64,000 nucleotides of DNA from the NCBI GenBank assembly GCA_964247975.1, contig CAXTWH010000021.1, positions 20,316 to 84,315 on the forward strand. Direction: 5' to 3'. The notes beneath the pieces are model-generated. The model was not told where the DNA came from. It did no database searches and saw only the letters and a list, made by a program, of their open reading frames with translations. Source of the DNA: an uncultured Bryobacteraceae bacterium (lineage in GTDB: Bacteria > Acidobacteriota > Terriglobia > Bryobacterales > Bryobacteraceae). Positions 39,099 to 48,784 of the stretch are shown here, piece after piece (the first letter of the stretch is position 1; every line of letters begins with the position of its first letter). The position numbers were made by a program, and so were the translations under genes.

Positions 39099-39101
39099 GA
39101 A

Positions 39102-40316
39102 TTACCTGATAGAACCGGAACTTGCCAGCGAAAAGATAGGAAGATACAGCGCCACCAGCACAAACGCCACAAAAATTCCCATAAAAATCATAATTGCGGG
39201 CTCAATCAACGAAAGCACCGCTGTCGTGCGAGTCGCCACGTCTTCATCGTAAAACTCCGCCACGCTGTTGAGCATTGCGGGAAGCGCGCCGGTGGATTCG
39301 CCCACTTCCATCATGTCAACCGACAGATCGGGAAAAATGCCGGTGGAAGTAAGCGATTGCGATAACGACCGCCCTTCCCGCACCTGCGTAGCGGTTTTTT
39401 CCAATGCTTTCTTAATCAGCACCGTGCCGCTCGATCGGCCAGCCGTGTCGAGCGCCTGCAACAACGGAATGCCGCCAATCAACAGCGTGCTCATCACGCG
39501 GGAAAACTGCGCCACTTGATACTTCAACCAGATTTCGCCAAATAACGGCAGCTTTATCTTTATACGATCGAGCGTTGCCTTTGATGATTCCTGGCGCGAC
39601 CACAGCCACGCGCCCACGGCAAACCCTAGCAGTGCCGCAACTCCTAACAGTACATAATTACGGGCCGTGGTTCCCACCGCGATCAGAATTCTGGTGGGGG
39701 CCGGCAACTGCGCCTGCATGGAGCTATAAAGCACCGCGAAATTCGGCACCACGTAAGTGACCAGGAACACAATCAAACAAACCACCAGCACAACCAGCAC
39801 CGCCGGATACATCAGCGAAACCAGGAGCTTTTTCCGCACCGCCAAAGTCAATCTCTGGTAAGTGAGAAAACGATCGAGCACTTCCACCAGCGATCCGCTT
39901 TTTTCACCGGCCAGCACGGAAGTAATATAGATGGGCGGAAACACGCCTTGGCGCGCAAACGCGTCGCTCAAGCCGGAGCCTTCCTTTACGTCATCTCGGA
40001 CACCTTTAATGTAGCGGCCCAGTTTCGGATCGGTTAAGCGATCTGCCAGCAGATCCAACCCTTTCAAGATCGGCAAGCCGGCCCGCACCAGGGTGACAAA
40101 CTGTTGATTGAAGATCAGGAACTTTTCCAGGTTGATCTTCTTTTTGCGTCCGCCAAGTGCGCCAATCCGCGCTCCCAAATCGCGCGCCCGCACCGAATAA
40201 ACTAGATAGCCTTGTTGGGTCAAGCGGTCTCGCGCTTCCCGCTCGTTGCCTGCTTCCGTTACCTGTTCATGAACATGGCCGCGTGTGTCCGCGTATCGTA
40301 GTAGGAATTCCGCCAC
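39102..40316 (-). CDS. pilC: PilC/GspF inner-membrane platform protein
   Basis: QQFVTLVRAGLP, AGEKSGSL, LMYP, VGESTGAL, LIEP, LYLPIF; GTG start. Confidence 0.92.
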   Translation of the reverse strand: MAEFLLRYADTRGHVHEQVTEAGNEREARDRLTQQGYLVYSVRARDLGARIGALGGRKKKINLEKFLIFNQQFVTLVRAGLPILKGLDLLADRLTDPKLGRYIKGVRDDVKEGSGLSDAFARQGVFPPIYITSVLAGEKSGSLVEVLDRFLTYQRLTLAVRKKLLVSLMYPAVLVVLVVCLIVFLVTYVVPNFAVLYSSMQAQLPAPTRILIAVGTTARNYVLLGVAALLGFAVGAWLWSRQESSKATLDRIKIKLPLFGEIWLKYQVAQFSRVMSTLLIGGIPLLQALDTAGRSSGTVLIKKALEKTATQVREGRSLSQSLTSTGIFPDLSVDMMEVGESTGALPAMLNSVAEFYDEDVATRTTAVLSLIEPAIMIFMGIFVAFVLVALYLPIFSLASSGSIR

Positions 40317-40321
40317 GTTTC

Positions 40322-41011
40322 CTAATGCTCTCCTTGCGCCGCTGTTGTCACCGCGTCCACCACTTCAGCACCTTCAGGAATCGTGAACCGGAACGCCTCG
40401 TCGGAAATAACCGGATTCAACACTTCGTTCTGAAGGCTGAATCCAAGCTTGCTGCTATCCCTGCCCTCCACTATGAGTTGCCGAATACTGTTATCCGGCG
40501 CGATCAGCATTTGCACTTTCTCATAAGGCAGGCGATCATTCCGTGCTTCCGCCGTTAAGCAGGTATTTCCGCTTGAATCCGGTTTTGTTTCAAAACTGCG
40601 GAACTCCTTCGCGAAATCCAGTTTGCCGAGCAGAAAAGCCATCGGGGCCCGCAAGTCCTCGCTCGCTTTCAAGCTGGAGCGTTCCACCCGGTTGTCGGTC
40701 GCCGTGTAAAGAAAAATTTTTTGCCCATCAGAAACAAATAATTTGCCCTCAGGCTGCGTATAAGTCCAGCGCATGCGTCCCGGCTTACGCAAAATCAGGC
40801 TGCCGGTTTCCGGGCGGCGGGAATGTCCTGCAATGATGTAAGTCTCAGTAAAATCGACGCTTAACGTTCGCGCCTGATTATAACGATGTTCCACGCCGTG
40901 AATCAGCTTTTCCGTGGCAGAATCAGCCGCCTGTAAACTCATTACTCCAATAACCAGCAAACACGTCCATACCGGCACCCGGCTGAAGCGGCTTGTCAGG
41001 GGAAAACTCAT
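40322..41011 (-). CDS. lolA: Outer-membrane lipoprotein carrier protein
   Basis: Signal peptide; GSLILRKPGRMRWTY, LFVSDG, PMAFLLG, FRFTIPEGAEV. Confidence 0.88.
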   Translation of the reverse strand: MSFPLTSRFSRVPVWTCLLVIGVMSLQAADSATEKLIHGVEHRYNQARTLSVDFTETYIIAGHSRRPETGSLILRKPGRMRWTYTQPEGKLFVSDGQKIFLYTATDNRVERSSLKASEDLRAPMAFLLGKLDFAKEFRSFETKPDSSGNTCLTAEARNDRLPYEKVQMLIAPDNSIRQLIVEGRDSSKLGFSLQNEVLNPVISDEAFRFTIPEGAEVVDAVTTAAQGEH

Positions 41012-41053
41012 CACAATCAATGACGTATATCCGGGATCGTTCGTTTAATAGCC

Positions 41054-41728
41054 TTAGGGCGAAAGGCGGCGCAAACGCCAACCTGCCGGTTGTTCCGCTT
41101 CAAACAACAAACGGTCGTGAAGGCGGTCCGGCCTGCCCTGCCAGAATTCAATGCGCGTCGGCTTCAGGCAGTAACCGCCCCAGAAGTCCGGAGTCGGCAC
41201 ATCATCCGTATCCCGGTAACGCGCTTCTAATTCCTGCAATCGTTCTTCCAATATCGCACGGCTTTCAATCACAGAACTCTGTAGAGAAGCTAACGCTCCT
41301 AAGCGGCTGCCCTTCGGCCGCCCTGAAAAGTAACGGACTGATTGTTCTCGCGAAATCAGGGAAACGGTGCCTTCTACCCGGACTTGACGCTCCAGTTCCG
41401 CCCAGTAGAACACTATTGCGGCTTTCGGATTTTCTGCCAGTTCCTTGCCTTTTTGGCTGCCGTAATTGGTGTAGAACACGAAGCCTAGCTCGTTCAACTC
41501 TTTCAACAGAACAATCCGCGCCGAAGGCGAACCGTCTGGGGCAACCGTGGCCAGGGTCAGAGCGTTTGGCTCTTTCAAACCGGCCTGCCGGGCATCGGCG
41601 AACCAGGTTTGGAACTGAGCTATCGGATTAGGATTCACATCGGCTTCGCTTAAGCCGCCGCGAGTGTAATTTTCCCGCAAATCAGCTAAAGATAATCGGA
41701 CAGGTGGTGACAAAGACGTTTCAGGCAT
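41054..41728 (-). CDS. pdxH: Pyridoxamine 5'-phosphate oxidase
   Basis: [58 protein letters not shown]. Confidence 0.96.
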   Translation of the reverse strand: MPETSLSPPVRLSLADLRENYTRGGLSEADVNPNPIAQFQTWFADARQAGLKEPNALTLATVAPDGSPSARIVLLKELNELGFVFYTNYGSQKGKELAENPKAAIVFYWAELERQVRVEGTVSLISREQSVRYFSGRPKGSRLGALASLQSSVIESRAILEERLQELEARYRDTDDVPTPDFWGGYCLKPTRIEFWQGRPDRLHDRLLFEAEQPAGWRLRRLSP

Positions 41729-41835
41729 AGAATAAAAACCAGGGCCGGAACGCCAACAAAACACACCAACCCTTAGATACAGTGTCCCATTAAGAAGACC
41801 GTCTCAGGGGAAATCCTGTTAACTATTGCAAACCT

Positions 41836-42611
41836 TCAAGCGCCCTGCCCGAGCAGATGCATAAACCCGCCATCCATGAAGTAGCTTGCGCCTGTCACAT
41901 AATCCGAATCTTCAGAAGCCAGAAACAGCGCGAGCTTCGCAATCTCTTCCGGCTGCCCGGCGCGCTTCATCGGAATCTTTGTTCTTTTTCCTGGCGGACC
42001 TTCGGATCATCAACTGCCTGCTGATTCATCGGCGTCAAGATCATGCCCGGCCCAATGTTGTTGACGTTGATGCCGTCCGCCGCCAGTTCCAGCGCCATCG
42101 TTCGCGTCAGATTCCGCAGGCCGCCTTTGGAAGCGCAGTAATCCGCTGTTTCCGGCGAAACAACTTCTTCGTGAATGGAAGTGATGTTGATGAGCTTTCC
42201 CTTCCCGCCTTGCTCCTTACGGTGTTTGGCGAAAAGGCGCGACAGGTAAAAGGGACCGAAAAGATTGGTGCGGAGAGTTTTTTCAAAATCTTCCGGCTGC
42301 ATCTCAATTACGGACTTCTTTGCGCCATTCGTACCGGCATTGTTCACCAGAATGTCCAATGTGCCGAATTCCGCCAAGGCTTGCTGAAACAGTTTTTCGG
42401 CTTCCGTCGCGCTGCTGACGTCCGCTTGCACCACCAAAGCTTTCTGCCCTACTTGTTCCACTGCCTTTCGCGTGTCCCCCGCGCCTTTTTCATCCGTGTG
42501 GTACATAATCACCACATCAGCCCCTTCCTGGGCGAAGAGCGCGGCGATAGCTTGGCCGATGCCCGAATCGGACCCGGTCACTAAAGCCTTTTTACCTGTT
42601 AATTTGCTCAT
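41836..42611 (-). pseudogene. Glucose 1-dehydrogenase-like SDR with a single-base deletion near 41978
   Basis: TGSDSGIG, NNAG, YCASK. The frame stops at EQRFR*, but the -1 frame continues IPMKRAGQPEEIAKLALFLASEDSDYVTGASYFMDGG...* to 41836. Confidence 0.85.
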
Positions 42612-42781
42612 GGTTGATTGACTCTGCCGTCATTATCGCGTTACTCCGGCAATCATTACGTTTCTTGGACGACTGTTTGTATTCGCAACGACCAATCCCA
42701 AATTCGAACAGAATAAGCTGACGAAACGCAATGTTTTCACTGTTTTCTCGTGGAATCAGAATTGCCTATTTTAAAAACAAT

Positions 42782-45181
42782 ATGAGCCTGCAGCTTATTT
42801 TTCGTTCCCTGAAACACTCTCCTGGTTTTGCGATTCTGTCTGTGTTGATTCTGGCGCTCGGCATCGGAGCTAATACCGCCATCTTCAGCGTGGTGCAAGG
42901 AGTGATGCTCAAGCCGCTCCCCTATCAGCGTCCTGAGCAACTGGTTTCCATCAACATGACTTGGCCGGACGGCTCCCGCTACGGCCAGGTATCCGGTCCT
43001 GATTTTCTCGATTTTCGCGCTGAGGGCGCTGCTGTTTTTCAAGCAATGGCTGCTTACCGAAATGAAATCATCAGCGTTGTCGCAAATCAGAAAGCTGAGT
43101 TTACCGGAGCGGCAACAGTGTCAGAAGACTTTCTTCGTACTCTAAGGGCGCAGCCTGTAGCGGGCCGTGCATTTTCGCACTCGGATTTTAACGGCCATTC
43201 TACCGTCGCACTGGTGAGCGAAGGGTTCTGGAAGCACCACTTCGGAGCAGTTGCGTTTTCACCCGGACATCTGTTGAAAGCCGCTGGTAAACAGGCCGAA
43301 ATTGTTGGCCTTCTGTCGACGGATTTTCATTTTCCTGAAGCAAGCAGCACCGAAGTCTGGACTCCGTTTTCTGAACTGCTGCAGAACACAAACCGTGGCG
43401 GACACAATTATAGGGTGGTCGGAAGATTGCAACCGAACGTTACAGTAAAGCAAGCGCAAGCGCAACTGACCACGATTGCGAGCCGTCTGGAAAAAGCTTA
43501 TCCGGGCACGAACAAGCAGGCAGGCGCTTACGTGACTTCGTTTTCTGACTTTACCGTGCGGGATGTAAAAACCAGCCTTTACCTTCTGCTTTCGGCGGTG
43601 GCGCTGGTTCTGCTGATAGCCTGCGCCAATATTGCGAACTTGTTGTTAGCGCGAGGAAGCGGACGAGTCCGGGAATTAGCCATCCGCACCGCCCTCGGCG
43701 CAAGCCGCGCTCGTTTAATTCGGTACTTGTTTGGGGAAACCCTGATGTTAGCAGGCGCGGGAACTGTCGCCGGAGTTTTTCTCGCTTACCTTTCTCTGCC
43801 GCTGCTGTTGCGCTGGACGCCGGCGTTTGTTCCGCGATTGAACGACGTGCGGATTAGTTGGCCGGTATTGTGTTTTTGCGGCGTAGCGGGACTTCTCTCC
43901 AGCCTGCTGTTCGGTCTAATTCCTGCTATCCACATCAGCCGCGTTGATCCTAACCGTGATCTGCGCTCAAGCGGCTCGCGCAGTGTGATCGGCGGCGCGG
44001 CGGGCCGGTTGCGTCAAGCTTTCATCCAGGCGGAAGTGGCTTTGTGCATCGTTTTATTAGTAGCGGCAGGGCTTCTGCTGCGTAGCTTCTCTGCTCTTGC
44101 TTCGGTGAACTTGGGTTTTCAACACGCCCATCTGCTGGTCGGTCATATCAGCGTGCCGGAAGGCGAGGGAAGCGCGGCTGTGGACAAAGTATTTACGCCT
44201 TTACTGGAACAAGTGTCAACGAAAACCGCCGTGGTCAACGCCGCGCTCACTCGCGGTCTGCCCAGTGATCCGGATGCGCGATCCACATCAATTTACATCA
44301 TTCCCGGCCAGACATTGGCGGATATGAACAGCTCTGCGCCGCAAGCGGGCATCAGCGCAGTATCCGGCTCATATTTCGACACAATGGGAATACCGCTGAA
44401 AGCGGGCCGTAGTTTTTCAGCGCGCGACAATGCCGCTGCTCAACCGGTAGCGGTAGTGAATGAAGCTCTAGTAAAACGCTCATTTTCCGGCAAAAATCCG
44501 ATCGGCTTAAAAATTCTTTGCGGCTACGATCAGATCACAATGGATTGGATCACCATTGTGGGCGTGGTAGCTGATATTCATCTGGATGGTCCGAAAGAAA
44601 CGCCCATGTCGGAAATCTATCTGCCTTATCTGCAGCACCCAAATGGTGATGTGAACATTCTGGTGAAAACCCGGATTGAGCCGGTCGCCTTCGCGCAGCC
44701 GCTGAAATTGCTGCTGCAATCGCTGGACCCGGAAGCCACTCTTAAGCTCACCACAATGGAAGATCAGGTAGCAGCCGCTATAGGAACACCCCGCTTCAGC
44801 AGCGCTCTCATTTCCGTGTTCGCGGCGTTGGCGGTTCTGCTTTCAGCTATCGGCATCTACGGCGTTATTGCTTATTCAGTCGCGCAGCGAACCAGCGAAA
44901 TCGGGCTGCGCATGGCTTTAGGCGCAGATCGCAGGAAAGTTTTGGCAATGGTGCTGGCTGAAGCGCTGCGGCTGGTCAGTGGAGGCATTCTCATCGGGCT
45001 AGCCGGGTCATTGGTAATCGGCCGCTTGTTGCGTTCACAGCTTTTCGCCGTGTCGCCGTCCGACCCGGCCGTTTATGCGGTGATTCTTCTTTTATTAACG
45101 GCAGTGGCTTTCTTCGCCGCGCTCATTCCCGCTTGGCGCGCTTCGCGAGTGGAACCGCTCGAAGCGCTGCGACAGGAATAG
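42782..45181 (+). CDS. ADOP-type duplicated (MacB/FtsX) ABC permease
   Basis: LALGIGANTAIFS, LLIACANIANLLLARG, ELAIRTALGA, QRTSEIGLRMALGA, PAWRASRVEPLEALRQE. Confidence 0.92.
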   Translation: MSLQLIFRSLKHSPGFAILSVLILALGIGANTAIFSVVQGVMLKPLPYQRPEQLVSINMTWPDGSRYGQVSGPDFLDFRAEGAAVFQAMAAYRNEIISVVANQKAEFTGAATVSEDFLRTLRAQPVAGRAFSHSDFNGHSTVALVSEGFWKHHFGAVAFSPGHLLKAAGKQAEIVGLLSTDFHFPEASSTEVWTPFSELLQNTNRGGHNYRVVGRLQPNVTVKQAQAQLTTIASRLEKAYPGTNKQAGAYVTSFSDFTVRDVKTSLYLLLSAVALVLLIACANIANLLLARGSGRVRELAIRTALGASRARLIRYLFGETLMLAGAGTVAGVFLAYLSLPLLLRWTPAFVPRLNDVRISWPVLCFCGVAGLLSSLLFGLIPAIHISRVDPNRDLRSSGSRSVIGGAAGRLRQAFIQAEVALCIVLLVAAGLLLRSFSALASVNLGFQHAHLLVGHISVPEGEGSAAVDKVFTPLLEQVSTKTAVVNAALTRGLPSDPDARSTSIYIIPGQTLADMNSSAPQAGISAVSGSYFDTMGIPLKAGRSFSARDNAAAQPVAVVNEALVKRSFSGKNPIGLKILCGYDQITMDWITIVGVVADIHLDGPKETPMSEIYLPYLQHPNGDVNILVKTRIEPVAFAQPLKLLLQSLDPEATLKLTTMEDQVAAAIGTPRFSSALISVFAALAVLLSAIGIYGVIAYSVAQRTSEIGLRMALGADRRKVLAMVLAEALRLVSGGILIGLAGSLVIGRLLRSQLFAVSPSDPAVYAVILLLLTAVAFFAALIPAWRASRVEPLEALRQE

Positions 45182-45259
45182 AAAAGGAAGTGAATCCGCA
45201 GAATCATACAATAGTCTCCAACAGTGATCTCGCTCATCCACCTGATACACTGAAATTCC

Positions 45260-45979
45260 ATGGGTCTGCAATATTCTATTGCTCTTGTGGGAGATTACGA
45301 CCCATCCGTTCCTGCCCATCAAGCTATCCCGATTTCTCTTGATCTTGCTGCGACGCATTACGGCGCACAAATCAGTACTAAGTGGGTTCCCACTGCGCAG
45401 ATCCAGCATGTCAAAGATGATCTTGCTTCGTATCAGGGCTTCTGGTGCGTTCCTGCCAGCCCTTATGAAAACACGCAAGGCGCATTGGAAGCCATCCGAT
45501 TCGCTCGTGAGCAGCAGATTCCGTTCCTCGGCACTTGCGGCGGTTTTCAACACGCGCTTATCGAGTACGCTCAAAACGTTGTGGGTATGGTAAATGCCCA
45601 ACACGCTGAAACTAATCCCCATGCTGCCCAACCCCTAATTGCGCCGCTGGCTTGTTCGCTCGTTGAAGTCCAAGCAGAGTTATTCCTGGAGCCGGAAACC
45701 CTTTTGCACAAAGCTTATGGAACTTTGAAGATCCGCGAAGGCTATCGCTGCCGCTACGGACTGAATCCGGAACACGAAAAAACACTTTTCACCGGCAGTT
45801 TGCGCGTGTCGGCGCGTGATGCCGAAGGCGAAGTCCGTGGTGCTGAACTTCAAAATCATCCTTTCTTCGTAGGAACGCTATTTCAACCGGAGCGGCGAGC
45901 GCTGCAAGGCGAGTTGCCGCCCTTGGTTCGCGAATTTGTGAGTGTTATCATTCAGCGTCAATCACTGATTGCTGCATAG
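45260..45979 (+). CDS. Stand-alone CTP-synthase-like class I glutamine amidotransferase domain protein
   Basis: IALVGDY, PFLGTCGGFQHALIEY, CRYGLNP, HPFFVGTLFQPER; no synthetase domain. Confidence 0.85.
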   Translation: MGLQYSIALVGDYDPSVPAHQAIPISLDLAATHYGAQISTKWVPTAQIQHVKDDLASYQGFWCVPASPYENTQGALEAIRFAREQQIPFLGTCGGFQHALIEYAQNVVGMVNAQHAETNPHAAQPLIAPLACSLVEVQAELFLEPETLLHKAYGTLKIREGYRCRYGLNPEHEKTLFTGSLRVSARDAEGEVRGAELQNHPFFVGTLFQPERRALQGELPPLVREFVSVIIQRQSLIAA

Positions 45980-46045
45980 ACAATGCATCTCGTTAAACGA
46001 GAATTGTGCCTGATGTTATCGCTCAGAATTTTTCTGTCCTTAGCT

Positions 46046-46570
46046 TTACTGCAGCAGGTACTCGCGCAGCAGCAGTCGCGCGCGATGGATAATGGCTTTT
46101 ACGCCTTCCCGACTCTTGTTTAATGCAAGCGCAATCTCGTCAACAGTCATCTCCTCAACGTCGCGCAGTAAAATGACTTCGCGGTAATGTTCCGGCAGTG
46201 ACTGAATAGCGCGCGCCAGATCAACGCGCAGTTCAGATTGTGGCCGATATGAAAACCGGGCATGATGGTCGCGTTCGTTCAACTCCACTGTTTTACTGAG
46301 CGCTTTCCGAGCCAGCCGCCAGCACTCTCGCCGCACCACCGCAAACAGCCACGCTGATAATGAAACCATCGCCCGCAGAGTTCCTATGCGGCGATACATC
46401 AGCCAAAGCGTTTCCTGCACCGCGTCGTTCACATCGTCAGCGGCAGCGCAGCTTCGCTGCGCGTACCGCCGAATATCTGGCTGCGCGAGCGCCAGCAGCG
46501 TGCAGATCGCCTCCTGATCGCCGGCTCGCGCCGCTTCGAGCAGTTCAACATCGTAGGGCGAAGCGCTCAT
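46046..46570 (-). CDS. ECF RNA polymerase sigma factor
   Basis: Region 2 (DAVQETLW, AWLFAVVRR) and region 4 (LPEHYREVILLRD, EIALALN, VKAIIHRAR); ATG 46570 lies 1 nt after the upstream stop. Confidence 0.9.
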   Translation of the reverse strand: MSASPYDVELLEAARAGDQEAICTLLALAQPDIRRYAQRSCAAADDVNDAVQETLWLMYRRIGTLRAMVSLSAWLFAVVRRECWRLARKALSKTVELNERDHHARFSYRPQSELRVDLARAIQSLPEHYREVILLRDVEEMTVDEIALALNKSREGVKAIIHRARLLLREYLLQ

Positions 46571-46571
46571 A

Positions 46572-46781
46572 TCAGGACTTTGTGGAAAGCCGACGGCCGC
46601 CAACGTAGCACATCGGGCAGAACCCGGCAAAACCGGTCAAAACTGTAAATGCGCCCGTCGCTGCTATCAGATAGCCGCCTATGTTTAGTCCCAGAAAATA
46701 CAATCCGCAAATGACAATCAGAGTACCTGCAACCACGCGAGTCCACCGCTCCCAGTCCGGCACATTCTTTCGGTAAATTAT
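46572..46781 (-). CDS. DUF2892 (YgaP-like) small membrane protein
   Basis: KNVPDWERWTRVVAG, two TM helices, GFCPMC; GAGGAG ribosome-binding site followed by ATA instead of ATG. Confidence 0.8.
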   Translation of the reverse strand: MIYRKNVPDWERWTRVVAGTLIVICGLYFLGLNIGGYLIAATGAFTVLTGFAGFCPMCYVGGRRLSTKS

Positions 46782-46875
46782 AATCCTCTCCTCAATCCAT
46801 TCGCACAATAACTGTGCTCACCTGAAAAGAGGAGCGAATTCACTATTTCGGTTCGCGTAATCAAATAAGAAATTG

Positions 46876-48435
46876 TTAAGGTTGCCTTTCTACCCGAATC
46901 AATCTGCCGCTGGTGGCATGTGCATTAGTGATGTGCGCGCCAGTGCCGCGACGCAGCCAAATCGCAGGCAACGCTTGGGCCGGCCCGGAACCTGTGAATC
47001 CCTCGACAGTCAAGTTCCGAAATCTCTCAATCTCAACACCTGCGCGAAAAAAGCTGGGAACCGCGGACCCCCAATTTAAGCGAAAATTTCGCATGGTGAG
47101 ACCGTCTACATTCTCTGCTTTCAGCCCCGCAACGTCGTAGCGCGTGATGCCGCGCTCCGCCGGGTCTACCGGACGCAGATCCAAATTCCCGCCATACAGC
47201 GCGGTGAGAGGACCCGCCGCTATGCGAAGAGAAAAATCGTCGAGCAGTACGTCATGTATCCGGCCCGGTTGTGCAGCATAAAACAGCACCGGTGCTTGAC
47301 TGGTCGCAGTAACGTTAACGAAGCGGAGATCCGATACGGAACCCTGCTCGCCATACAGTTTCCAGGGAACCACCGACACCTGGAGCGGCTCACCCATGCC
47401 CCACCAGTCCCCATCTACCAGCCGAGTCTCAACAATCGAATTTAAAATCAGCACATGCTCGATCTTCTCGTTGCCGCGAACGAAAATTCCTATGCCGCGA
47501 TTGCTGTCGCGAATAATAACGTTGTTGAACACCAGATTTCGAATGTCGTTCGCCGACCATCCGAGCCGAATTCCTGCCGAGCGGCTGACAATCACCGCAT
47601 TGGACACCGTAATGTTTTCCGCAGTCTGATGGCAGTAGCCGTCAGCGCAAGGGCTGATCGCAATCCCGTCATCTCCCGCTTCCAGGTAAACGTCGGAAAT
47701 GCGCACGTCCCGGCAGTTCGAAACGTCAAGGGCATCTGCATTAGGTACCAATAAACTGTTCCGGACATCCAAACCCGCCAGCACCGCCTGTTTGCAGCAC
47801 GCCAGATGAATGCACCAGTTCGGCGCGTCCACTACATGGAACTGGCGGAAGTCGATGTTCTCGCACTCAATCAGCAGCACCAGCACGCCAGGGCGCGGCA
47901 GCATCCGGAGCGGGCCTTCACGGTTTTGCGAAAAGCGGCGGAATACTTCCGCGCCTTGACGAGTGAACTTAGGGTTGAAGGCGCCGGTTTTGTGCGGGTT
48001 TTGCCGGTCAATAAAAGCGCGGCCGTTGCCGTCGATAATGCCTGGGCCGCTGATGCCAATGTTATGAGCTCCGATAGCCCAGAGCAAAGCTGTAGATCTA
48101 TCTTCGGATGATCGGCCAATCTCAAGGTACTGCTTAACATCACTGCTGCCGAGAAGTCGCGCGCCCGGCCCAAGATTCAGAGTGATGTTGCTCCTGAGCT
48201 GAATGGAACCGGATAGATAAGTGCCGGAACCGAAGTGCACCACGCCCCCGCCGCGTTCGGCACACGAATCAACGGCAGCTTGAATGGCTTTGGTATCGAG
48301 ATGCTCGCCATCCCCTTGCGCCCCAAAACTGCGAACATCACAGCCATTTGAATATTCAGATGGCAAGGCAGTTGCGCCACATTGCCGCACCAGTAAAATC
48401 AGTGCCGCAAACAGCACGCATGGAAATACTTTCAT
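46876..48435 (-). CDS. Secreted GH28-like (pectin-lyase-fold) glycoside hydrolase
   Basis: FGAQGDG...DTKAIQAAVD, GTYLSG, GIIDGNG, NADALD, GDDGIAI, GIRLG. Confidence 0.85.
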   Translation of the reverse strand: MKVFPCVLFAALILLVRQCGATALPSEYSNGCDVRSFGAQGDGEHLDTKAIQAAVDSCAERGGGVVHFGSGTYLSGSIQLRSNITLNLGPGARLLGSSDVKQYLEIGRSSEDRSTALLWAIGAHNIGISGPGIIDGNGRAFIDRQNPHKTGAFNPKFTRQGAEVFRRFSQNREGPLRMLPRPGVLVLLIECENIDFRQFHVVDAPNWCIHLACCKQAVLAGLDVRNSLLVPNADALDVSNCRDVRISDVYLEAGDDGIAISPCADGYCHQTAENITVSNAVIVSRSAGIRLGWSANDIRNLVFNNVIIRDSNRGIGIFVRGNEKIEHVLILNSIVETRLVDGDWWGMGEPLQVSVVPWKLYGEQGSVSDLRFVNVTATSQAPVLFYAAQPGRIHDVLLDDFSLRIAAGPLTALYGGNLDLRPVDPAERGITRYDVAGLKAENVDGLTMRNFRLNWGSAVPSFFRAGVEIERFRNLTVEGFTGSGPAQALPAIWLRRGTGAHITNAHATSGRLIRVERQP

Positions 48436-48520
48436 GACCGCGAGTGTATTCTATCCGCTCCTTCATCCAGAAATCAGCCTAAAACTTCTCCGGGGTGAAT
48501 GGGCTTGCGCTTTAGCTGCT

Positions 48521-48784
48521 TTATCGCTTCCTCATGGCGACGAAATCCTGTATTCCATCATCAATGACATGGTACGAGATTTGTTCGAATAAGGGCGTCA
48601 ACTGCCCATTCAAATAATCCTGCGTGTGCCAGGTCGTTTGATACCACTCAGGCACAATGCCCTTTAGCTTCTTTGATTGCAGGTGTAAAAAGCCGCGATC
48701 TTGCAAAGCCGCTTTTTGCGATGAACTCAGTATCGCTTGTGCGTTCTTGCCATAAACAGTGAAAACCAGAACATCATGGGGTTT
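48521..48784 (-). pseudogene. C-terminal part of the class I SAM methyltransferase whose N-terminal part is at 50583-51104
   Basis: KPHDVLVFTVYG...GF...PEWYQTTWHTQDY...QDFVAMRKR*. No start codon of its own; completes the motif ELHRIL-KP. Confidence 0.7.

Noticed and set aside
41886-42584. Long antisense or alternate-frame ORFs in the track (for example 41886..42584, 57326..57919, 40993..41631, 36981..37646)
   Set aside because: They overlap well-supported genes and lack motifs; they are shadow ORFs.
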